NCBI RefSeq assembly: GCF_021869535.1 | Contig: NW_026262668.1 | Coordinates: 28,644,001-28,708,000 of the forward strand | Source: Mytilus californianus | Taxonomy: Eukaryota | Direction of reading: 5' to 3' | Length of the DNA: 64,000 nt | Shown here: one piece after another, positions 1 through 9,634 of the stretch | Layout: every line of letters starts with the position of its first letter | How positions within the stretch are numbered: the stretch's first letter is position 1 | Made by a program: the position numbers and the translations under genes | The notes under the pieces: model-generated | Databases searched by the model: none | The model's input: only the letters and a program-made list of their open reading frames with translations | Told to the model about the DNA's origin: nothing

Positions 1-576
1 TTCATTCATACTTATTCTTGTCACTCTTGCACCGTAATAGTCAATTATATAATCTGATCCGTCAGAAGGCATAACTACTTGAGCTGCAATTAGCAATATG
101 TCTACTAGCTGTCCAAGAAAGAAAAATCCAAGTGTTGAAAATTTCAGAAGTCCTATCGCTGGATATCCAAGATAAAATCTGTCTATTCCAAACATTCCTA
201 AAAAGACAGACAACAGAAGCGCTGTTTCAAATGAATGTCCATTTGTCCATCGACATGAGACATTCTTGTAAAATCCAGGAGTTGTTCCATTAAAAGTCAC
301 TTCAGCTCCACCATATTTTGATGATTTACAAGTCACATTCGCTGCTGGCATACATTCTACTGGAACAGTTTTTGTTGTTTTATCACAATTCTCTTCACTT
401 TGAGTTTCTATATCTACAATTGGCTCTTTGCATACATACTGACCCAGTTGCAAATTTTCACAAGGCAAAGCTTCCTCAAAAGATATTGCATATATCACAT
501 TTGTATAAAATAGAGTCAACATGTGAATTGTCAACACACTTGTCAAATACTTTAGGACATATTTTAGGTAGTTCAT
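1..576 (-). CDS. TM2D1: TM2 domain-containing protein 1 (beta-amyloid binding protein family); intronless CDS, 192 codons visible, 3' end beyond window edge
   Basis: Uninterrupted frame from ATG at 576 to base 1: MNYLKYVLKYLTSVLTIHMLTLFYTNVIYAISFEEALPCENLQLGQYVCKEP...CRWTNGHSFETALLLSVFLGMFGIDRFYLGYPAIGLLKFSTLGFFFLGQLVDILLIAAQVVMPSDGSDYIIDYYGARVTRISMNE. Signal peptide, Cys-rich luminal part and DRFYLG TM2 signature; CxxLxxGQYxC and PSDGSxYIIDYYG match TM2D1. Absent from the ORF track because no stop lies in the window. Confidence 0.95.
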   Translation of the reverse strand, partial: MNYLKYVLKYLTSVLTIHMLTLFYTNVIYAISFEEALPCENLQLGQYVCKEPIVDIETQSEENCDKTTKTVPVECMPAANVTCKSSKYGGAEVTFNGTTPGFYKNVSCRWTNGHSFETALLLSVFLGMFGIDRFYLGYPAIGLLKFSTLGFFFLGQLVDILLIAAQVVMPSDGSDYIIDYYGARVTRISMNE

Positions 577-958
577 CTTTATTTGTCACATAACTAGTAT
601 TACTATTAACTAGGCATACATAAGATATCACCATATGAGAAAGTACTTCCAATTTCGTTGTTGTTTGTTGACAAATTTCACAGGAAATGGTACAGAGTTG
701 TCTAACTTGGAAAATATTACGCAAAATAATCCTGTGTGTTTTATTCCTAAAAAAGATGATTTAAAATGCATTTTCTTTTGTCTGTATCTCGAGATTTAAG
801 GAAATGAATTTCAGGAATGCTTTTTTGCAAAACAGTCCTTTCTTCGCTATAAAATATTTATTCATTATTATTTAATCGGATATACCTACGCAGGTGTTGT
901 TGGTCACCTTTCTAAAACGTGCATAACCAACTTTTTTCTTCGAAAAAGCAAACAAATT
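577..958. promoter_or_regulatory. Probable bidirectional promoter / 5' UTR region shared by TM2D1 and DNTTIP2
   Basis: Divergent start codons only ~380 bp apart (576 minus; 959 or 1038 plus). Transcription start sites not identified. Confidence 0.5.
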
Positions 959-3900
959 ATGTCTTCAAGTTCAAGAAGATATTTCTTCGGATAATGATTC
1001 TGATCTTGATATACTAGCAATAGAAGCTTGTAATAAGATGAAGAAGTTGTTAGAAAAATCAAATAACACTGGGAAAAAGAAACAAATGACCCTAACTCGT
1101 GATAGGAAAATGAAATGTGACACTTTAAACGAAAGTGAGAAAGCAAAATCTAGTCAAAACCTTTTTGACTTTGTAATTGATAAAACACCTCTAAGGTATG
1201 AGAATGAAGAAGTCACCAAAACATTACAACCATCTACAGAGACTGATGACAAAACTGAAGAGAGTTCAAGTCTTGACTCAAACAAGGCAAAAAAGAAAGT
1301 GTAAGACATTTCATTACTTACCTTTAACACTTTTATTTCATTTCATTGTTAACCGAGATGCACATTGAAACGATGATATGTGACTGGATTGCTTCCCTTC
1401 AGTATTAGATACTTAGCTATATATACATGATATATATAGTCAGTCATACATGTAAGTGGTTAAGCTAAGGAAGTACTTCTTTAGCTCAGTCAGTTAAAGC
1501 ACTGCCTTGTAACACAGAAGTCCCAGGTTCGAGTCCCAGTGGAGACAATGTGATTTTCTCATAAGAATCATTGAGAATCATGCTCTCCGGTTATATTTGA
1601 CGCCCAACTAAAAACCCATGGTGGTTAGAGAGGTTTTCAAGCTAGGGTATGTGTTATTAGAGTCATTAATTGATAATGGTATGATGACTCTTGGGGTGGG
1701 GGAAGTTTGACAGGATTGCTTCCCTTCAGTAGTAGATACTTAGTCAGCCGTTGAGCTAAGGAAGTGCTACTTTAGCTCAGTCGGTTAAAGCGCTGCCTTG
1801 TAACACAGAAGTCCCGGTGGAGACAGTGTGATTTTCTCATAAGAATAATGCTCTCCGGATACAGATATATATGTAAATACTAAGTCTGATGTAAAAAAAG
1901 AAAAGTGGGAGATACATAATAATAATTTCACTTATTTGTTCTTCAATTTTTATCAAATTATCAGTTGTGGTTATCTGTTATTCATTTAGAAATGTTTGTG
2001 TGGTGGCTGCCAACTAAATTAATTATTATTGAACTGATCAAAACAATATTCATGACTGTCACTTTGTTTTTTAGTCAAATAGCAAACAAAAATTATATGT
2101 ACGTGTATAAAACCAGTTCTGAACTCTTAAAAAACTATCTTTTTTATACTGCTGTTAATCTCAGATTTGGTGACTGACTGTCAGGACTTTCAGCTGCAGG
2201 GTCCTATGCTAAAAATTTAAAGTGGACTAATCAGGGGGAGATAATTGTAAACTGGATATAACTTTCATTAAAATTTTAGGTATTCGTTATATTATTTTGT
2301 AAAGGGGCCTGGTGTACTTTTTTCTTTGTTTTTTATATATGTTTCATTTTAATAAAGTACATGTATGTTCTTTGATTAGGAAAAATTGTACAATGAATAT
2401 AGGGACATTGTCATGATTAAATGCTACTATATAGCTACATGTAATATTAATCAGTTATATTTAAATTTTAGGGGAAGTTTATCATCAAGTTTACAGACAA
2501 AAATACAAATATCTGATAATTATTTCCAAAAGACATCTGATAACAAATCAAAGAAGAAAACTAGATCCAATGTAGCAGATTTAGATGAGGTATGTATTTT
2601 ACAGGGTTTTAAAAACATTTATGTGTAGTTGACAGACAATGTAATGGATGTATTGTTTGTGATATCAGTGTTCTCCCCAGGATTTTTTTAAGGCGCAAAA
2701 TTCAAGGGCGCATAACTCTTTTTTTAGAGTGAACGTTTGTGATCTGAAGCAATAAGTCATAAATCATGACATGCAATATGAATTGCTTTGTGTTATGTGT
2801 TTAATAATGCAGAGTATTAATGAATTACAAGAATATATATATGAAATAAATTGATTTTAAACACAAGAGTTATTTATATTCAGTCAATTAAAGAAGTCTA
2901 AATATAAATATTCATCTCTACTCTCTGCTCCTTCTTGGGATATTGTTTCAAGATAGTGTTATTTTGTTGGACAGTCTGTTCCTCAACTTTGTCTTTATTC
3001 TCTTCAGGGTTAAAAATGAAACCCCAACTCACAATAACTTTTGCTTATACCCCATTTAACATTTCTAAGCCATGAAAACTCAGTCAGCCACTTGTCATTG
3101 AAACCAGAAACATGGTGCTTGCTTTTATCAATTGCTAAAACTTGAGCTTGGTTGGGATTAGGAGAAGCAACAAAATCTGCTCATACTGACAGTGTAGACG
3201 GAGGTGTATTCCCCTTTTCATTAGAAGTCATTGGTCTGATAAAAACTTCTACTTCCATCATCTACCTTTTGCTTATAATTCACCCCTTTGTTATTTGCAG
3301 AGAACATGTTCATTCAGAATTAATAAAATCGAATATGGTAAGATATTTGGTATACAACTTTTTAAAACAAATTTTTTTTATAAATGAACAGCTGACCAGT
3401 TTCCGTAGTTTCACATTACGCTTCCGTGCGTATTATTGTTTAATCCTATTTTTGGCAGATAGATATAAACAAAACTTTACAAATTCGTTAAAGTCAAAAC
3501 CATTGAAATTATTTACCAGTGACATTATACAGAAGCTGCAGCGATTCTGTACCCGTGTTGATTGTCACATATTTCCCGACGCACGGATTCACGATCGATG
3601 TTCAATGATCATTTTATTTCTAAAAATATGACAGTTTCAGATCTAGACGAATTTACCTTGCAAGCAACATTTTTTTCACTTTCTATTAAAGTTAATCACT
3701 CCTCGTTATCTTTAATCAAACTTTATTTTAATTTGTTCAACTACTAATACTTTCATTCATAGTTTCCATCGTAAATATCTTTAGCAATGTGTATTCAACA
3801 CGTTCATTGGTCGTGTTTAAATAGATTCTTCTTCTCGACCAATGAAAAAAATTTGTTATATAAATTGTCAAGTGATCACACACACGTTGCGTAAATACAA

Positions 3901-6900
3901 TGTATTTGCGATCTATTTCTTCAATTTCTGCACTGAAGTTTTTAAAATTTTTAATTTTCTTCAAAAAATATCTATCTTCTTGATGATCATTTACGCTATT
4001 ACCTGATAAGACTGAGATAAGCGTGGCTCAGGTAAAACTAATTATCAGTTATTGCGTAACACTGACCGACCCATCAGCGGTGATCAGTAACTTGACAATT
4101 TTAACCAACATTTATAATGAAAATGTGAAAATTAACTCGCTGCGGGATCAAGTATTAAGGGACAGCGGCCAATTAAGACGCTGCAGGATCTACAAAAATA
4201 TTATGAAGGTGCTGCGGCACCGCAGCGTCATATCGGCCTGGGGAGAACACTGGATATCCTGATTTATTGTTATAAGTATAATAATCCAAACAAAAGACCT
4301 ATTCAGATATATAGTGTTACATTTAAATACCTTCATTTTTTTAGGGAAACTTATGGATGTTGATTTCAAAATGTCTTGATTTTTAAATGCAGTTTCTTCT
4401 TTTATCATGTTTATCATGTTTATGCTAAATTCTGTTGGCCATATAATATATCAGCCAAGAAGCTTAATAACCTGATAATCAGTGTGTTTGATCTGTTTTT
4501 CATTGCTAATGCTATTTTTTGTTGTTTCATGTTAAATTCAGAGAATATATATGCTTGTATTTGTTGAAAACAATTTTATTTGATTGGACTATCCATTATT
4601 GCAGTATATGAATGGATTGAAGTTAAAACTTAACACCTTTAATAATACCTAAATGACTACCAGTCACAAAATATTGGGCACAGTGATCATGGTGATACAC
4701 AAAAGCTTTTAATAACAATTTGTGAAATACAACTTGCAAATTATTGTAAGTTCAGAAATTTATGCAATATTTTGATTAAATGATGGCAAAAATTGTGACA
4801 GACTAGATTTAGCAAAAACGAAAACTTGCGTTTAAAATTGTGATGGTATAATTTCTTAGAGCATTTCCTGAAATTGCAATAATGTATCTTGCATTTTTTT
4901 ATTGTTCAATAATGAGTCCTGTCGCATAGAAAAATTTAATCGAAAAAGGGGACACTTTACAAAGCAAAAAATAGAAATTTTAGAGGGTAATACAGGCCAA
5001 ATACTTATTCTAAAATGAGATTGGACTAGTATAAAAGGTATTTAACTCGCTAAAATGCAGGAAAAATGACACAATGTAAGATAATCAAAATCAAGTGTTT
5101 GCAAAGGCTTTTCCGTGCAATTACTTCAAATCATCACAGAAATCATTTTGAAACGATCGGTACATATCAAAACATACATAATAATATAAAAATAGCATAA
5201 CTTACAGTGTGGTGGACAATAATACGACAGAAATTGATCCAAAGTTCTCAAGCGAGCAAGCATGTGTTGTGTTAATAAAGGGAGATAATCACACAAAAAG
5301 TATCTATGGAAAGCATGTTAAAAATATGCCAGAACATGTACCAATATTCCCACAACATAATAAGTTTTTATACCCCTTTTATGGACACATTGATATTTTC
5401 ATAGTTACATAAAAGAAGAATTATAACAAGTTATTAGATTAATTTGATTTTGTAATTCTTCTCTGTTGTTACAGGTGATGAAGAAAAGTGTAATAACTCT
5501 AGATTTTGTAATTCTTTACTGTTACAGATTATGAAGAAAAGTGTTATAACTCCAGATTTTGTAATTCTTCACTGTTACAGGTGATGAAGAAAAGTGTAAT
5601 AACTCCAGATTTTGTAAATCTTCTCTGTTGTTACAGGTGATGAAGAAAAGTGTTATAACTCCAGATTTTGTAATTCTTCTCTGTTGTTGCAGGTGATGAA
5701 GAAAAGTGTAATAACTCAAGATTTTGTAAATCTTCTCTGTTGTTACAGGTGATGAAGAAAAGTGTAATAACTCCAGATTTTGTAATTCTTCTCTGTTGTT
5801 GCAGGTGATGAAGAAAAGTGTTTTAACTCCAGATTTTGTAATTCTTCTCTGTTGTATTAGGTGATGAAGAAAAGTGTTATAACTCCAGATTTTGTAAATC
5901 TTCTCTGTTGTCGCAGGTGATGAAGAAAAGTGTAATAACTCCAGATTTTGTAAATCTTCTCTGTTGTTACAGGTGATGAAGAAAAGTGTTATAACTCCAG
6001 ATTTTGTAATTCTTCTCTGTTGTTTCAGGTGAGGAAGAAAAGTGTAATAACTCCAGATTTTGTAATTCTTCTCTGTTGTTGCAGGTGATGAAGAAAAGTG
6101 TTTTAACTCCAGATTTTGTAATTCTTCTCTTTTGTATTAGGTGATGAAGAAAAGTGTAATAACTCCAGATTTTGTAAATCTTCTCTGTTGTTAGAGGTGA
6201 TGAAGAAAAGTGTTATAACTCCAGATTTTGTAATTCTTCTCTGTTGTTACAGGTGATGAAGAAAAGTGTTATAACTCCAGATTGTGTAATTCTTCTCTGT
6301 TGTTACAGGTGATGAAGAAAAGTGTTATAACTCCAGATTTTGTAATTCTTCTCTGTTGTTGCAGGTGATGAAGAAAAGTGTTATAACTCCAGATTTTGTA
6401 ATTCTTCTCTGTTGTTGCAGGTGATGAAGAAAAGTGTTATAACTCCAGATTTTGTAATTCTTCTCTGTTGTTGCAGGTGATGAAGAAAAGTGTCATAACT
6501 CCAGATTTTTTAATTCTTCTTTGTTGTTGCAGGTGATGAAGAAAAGTGTTTTAACTCCAGATTTTGTAATTCTTCTCTGTTGTTACAGGTGATGAAGAAA
6601 AGTGTTATAACTCCAGATTTTGTAATTCTTCTCTGTTGTTAGAGGTGATGAAGAAAAGTGTTATAACTCCAGATTTTGTAATTCTTCTCTGTTGTTACAG
6701 GTGATGAAGAAAAGTGTAATAACTCCAGATTTTGTAAATCTTCTCTGTTGTTACAGGTGATGAAGAAAAGTGTTATAACTCCAGATTTTGTAATTCTTCT
6801 CTGTTGTTGCAGGTGATGAAGAAAAGTGTTATAACTCCAGATTTTGTAATTCTTCTCTGTTGTTGCAGGTGATGAAGAAAAGTGTCATAACTCCAGATTT

Positions 6901-9634
6901 TTTAATTCTTCTTTGTTGTTGCAGGTGATGAAGAAAAGTGTTTTAACTCCAGATTTTGTAATTCTTCTCTGTTGTTACAGGTGATGAAGAAAAGTGTTAT
7001 AACTCCAGATTTTGTAATTCTTCTCTGTTGTTAGAGGTGATGAAGAAAAGTGTTATAACTCCAGATTGTGTAATTCTTCTCTGTTGTTACAGGTGATGAA
7101 GAAAAGTGTTATAACTCCAGATTTTGTAATTCTTCTCTGTTGTTGCAGGTGATGAAGAAAAGTGTTATAACTCAAGATTTTATAATTCTTCTCTGTTGTT
7201 GCAGGTGATGAAGAAAAGTGTTTTAACTCCAGATTTTGTAATTCTTCTCTGTTGTGTTAGGTGATGAAGAAAAGTGTTATAACTCCAGATTTTGTAAATC
7301 TTCTCTGTTGTTGCAGGTGATGAAGAAAAGTGTTTTAACCCCAGATTTTGAGAAACAGTTTTCACTGACACCTTATGAAGAAAGTGTTAGACAACAGAAA
7401 AAACAAAGACGGGTCAGTTTGTTTAATATGTATTGCAAAGACTTTAAATCACAGTTCTAGCCATTCAATATATAGTGATTGATAAAGTTCATAGAGTATC
7501 AGTCTTAAGGATGTACTTTAAAGGTGAAATTAAAAAAATCTAGAATTTAAATTTAATACTATAAGTCAGAAGAGCATTAGTTAAGGAACAAAATAAGCTA
7601 ACAATATTGATAGGTTATGGAGCTCCTTTTCGAGATATTTGATTTAAAAAAAATTGTGGGAAAAGGCTGACTCAGACTTTAACTGTATATTTGCATTGGT
7701 ATTATTTGGGTCTCAAATCGAAAGAAAAGAAATCTATAATCTGCTTAAATTTTGGTAAATGACCTTTTATGAGCTATTGAAGTCTTATATGAAAAAAAAA
7801 TGGGTGTTATGGTGCAAAATATTTTACCCTGTATCATGAGAAAACAACCAAGGAGTCCAAACATCTGACACAAATTCCTAAACCTGACCTAAGTACATCC
7901 TTAAGACAGAAGTTGAAATATAATACAAATGAAAAAAGAAGTTCCAATTTTTAAAAATGAAATTTAAAATAAAAAAAATCAGATTTAATTCTACTGAATG
8001 TACTTGGTATTTGTTGATGACTGCAAAATGAAAAATAATTAAAAAAAAAACAACACTGCAGCTAATGAGGACTCATGTTTCTACCAAACCATGGTAAGTA
8101 GTCAAACCAAGCTCACTCCGGATTGTATTACTTACTTGGTAGACATGATAAATACAGATAATTATCTCTTTATTATTAAATTATGATAAGATTATGATAC
8201 TTTTTAGGTTAATAACAATATAGGTAAACACTGTGCTCACTAAATAGAGTGGACTGGGTGGACAAAGCTAGCAGTTTCCTCCACTCTGTTCCAATTTCCA
8301 CTGAGGATGAATGAAAAAGAGCACATTCAATTTTAAGCAGTAGTGTAAAATGTTCAATTAATATGAATTGATTTTTGTTGCATTCATTCAACTTTTAAAG
8401 TAACAATGTTAATCTACAGTGAAGTGAAACATTAAAATATGAAAACTAGCAAATTGATATTATTTCTCAAGATTATATATCATATATTATATCATGTCTG
8501 CATGATTTCCAAACACAACCTTTACAAATCATGTTAAATTGTGTTTTTTTTTTATATCCTGTAAACTTTCGAAAAAACTGAAATAAATTTGAAATGAAAA
8601 TTAATTTGCAGAAGGAGAGAGAGAAGACAAAGGGAAAGAACTGGTATAACATGGAAGCACCTGAAATGACAGAAGAGAAAAAAAATGATTTGATGGTTGT
8701 CCATATGAGGAAAGCATTGGATCCTAAACGATTCTATAAAAATAATGATACAGTGTCAATACCTAAGTATTTCCAAGTAAGTGTAACATAATTTATTTAC
8801 CTTAATTTGTTAAATTACACTTTCTGTTATCATGTTTATGGAATGCAATAAAACAATGTAGTTTCCTGATAGAATTTTGGTATTAAACATATCAATGAAT
8901 TTGCTGCTTTATAGGGCTTGGGATAAATTGGAGCATGGTGGGTTTTTTAGACGGCTGTCTGCTTTTAGGGACCGTGTATAATCCTATTTTCTTCAAGATC
9001 TCTAATTTTTTGTGGCTTTACATTTCAGTCTTATCAAAATATGCTCTGCATCTACTATCATTCATATTCTTATCATATTTATCATGTCCGTCATTATAAA
9101 CAGAAAATGCTCAGCGTAGTTAATTTATTTAATTTACATTTTCAGCTTGGAACAGTAGTAGAAAGTTCTGCTGATTTCTACCACTCGAGGGTTCCCAAGA
9201 AACAGAGGAAATCTAATATGGTAGAAGAACTTCTAGCTGATGCTGAATTTAGAACGTAAGTGTTGAATTTAAAGTACTTTTATTTTCCAGACAAACAAGC
9301 AGACAGATTGGAGGAACCCCTATCACTATATGTCGCCACTATAGAAACAAATAGGGATAAGGTGTATTTAAACTGAAATGAAACACTTATTCTACAAATG
9401 TATACAAAACATATAAGACATGATTAATGAAACACAGACATTTATGGAGGAATGAAAATACAAATTTATCTGACAGTATAATTAACATTTTTTTAATTTT
9501 TATTTTATAACTGAATACATATTTGTTTTTCCAATAGGTACAACAAGAGGAAGTATGTTGAGATACAAGAACAGAAAAGAAAAGCACAAGGTCCTTACAA
9601 ACACATGAAAAGACTCAAGAAAAATAAAAGATGA
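959..9634 (+). CDS. DNTTIP2: DNTTIP2 / Fcf2-domain pre-rRNA processing protein. Exons 959(or 1038)-1300, 2472-2589, 7317-7412, 8612-8776, 9146-9255, 9538-9634
   Basis: GT-AG junctions with consistent phases (2,0,0,0,2); 849 nt = 282 aa + stop from ATG 1038. Spliced C-terminus VMKKSVLTPDFEKQFSLTPYEES...KEREKTKGKNWYNMEAPEMTEEKKNDLMVVHMRKALDPKRFYKNND...PKYFQLGTVVESSADFYHSRVPKKQRKSNMVEELLADAEFRTYNKRKYVEIQ is the Fcf2 domain. The start codon is ambiguous (see findings). Confidence 0.93.
1379..1863 (+). mobile_element. TRIM (miniature non-autonomous LTR retrotransposon) with tRNA-derived sequence in both LTRs; Helenus-like
   Basis: LTR1 1379-1595 (TG start), PBS-like TGACGCCCAAC 1598-1608, PPT GGGGTGGGGGAAG 1693-1705, LTR2 1706-1863 (CA end), perfect 4-bp TSD GATA at 1375-1378 and 1864-1867. 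Confidence 0.85.
1474..1547 (+). other. tRNA-Thr(TGT)-like Pol III cassette inside LTR1 (second copy ~1764-1825 lacks box B); probably not a functional tRNA gene
   Basis: Box A TAGCTCAGTCAG, anticodon arm CTGCC-TTGTAAC-ACAG, box B GGTTCGAGTCC; poor acceptor stem. Confidence 0.65.
2666..4252. mobile_element. Non-autonomous DNA transposon with 16-bp perfect TIRs (CAGTGTTCTCCCCAGG)
   Basis: TIRs at 2666-2681 and 4237-4252; GATAT directly flanks both ends; no transposase ORF. Confidence 0.8.
5446..7349 (+). repeat. 56-bp minisatellite, 34 copies; unit = 3' splice site + first 33 nt of DNTTIP2 exon 3
   Basis: Consensus GTGATGAAGAAAAGTGTTATAACTCCAGATTTTGTAATTCTTCTCTGTTGTT(A/G)CAG. Unit starts at 5475 and 5528 (53-bp variants), then 5581+56n up to 7317, which is the real exon. 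Confidence 0.97.
7509..7900. mobile_element. Kolobok-like non-autonomous element (TTAA TSD, GG termini)
   Basis: TTAA|GGATGTACTT ... AAGTACATCC|TTAA; 10-bp perfect TIR. Confidence 0.75.

Noticed and set aside
476-724. Minus-strand ORF with CxxC motifs resembling a zinc finger
   Set aside because: It overlaps the TM2D1 5' end in another frame, and the His spacing does not fit C2H2.
1474-1547. Functional tRNA-Thr gene
   Set aside because: The acceptor and anticodon stems pair poorly, there is no T-run terminator, and it lies inside a TRIM LTR.
5446-7349. CRISPR-like array or coding tandem repeat
   Set aside because: Eukaryotic intron, no unique spacers, no cas genes; the 56-bp unit has stops in read-through frames.
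7413-8611. Intronic snoRNA in a ribosome-biogenesis host gene
   Set aside because: No properly spaced C/D pair or two-hairpin H/ACA layout could be found by eye.
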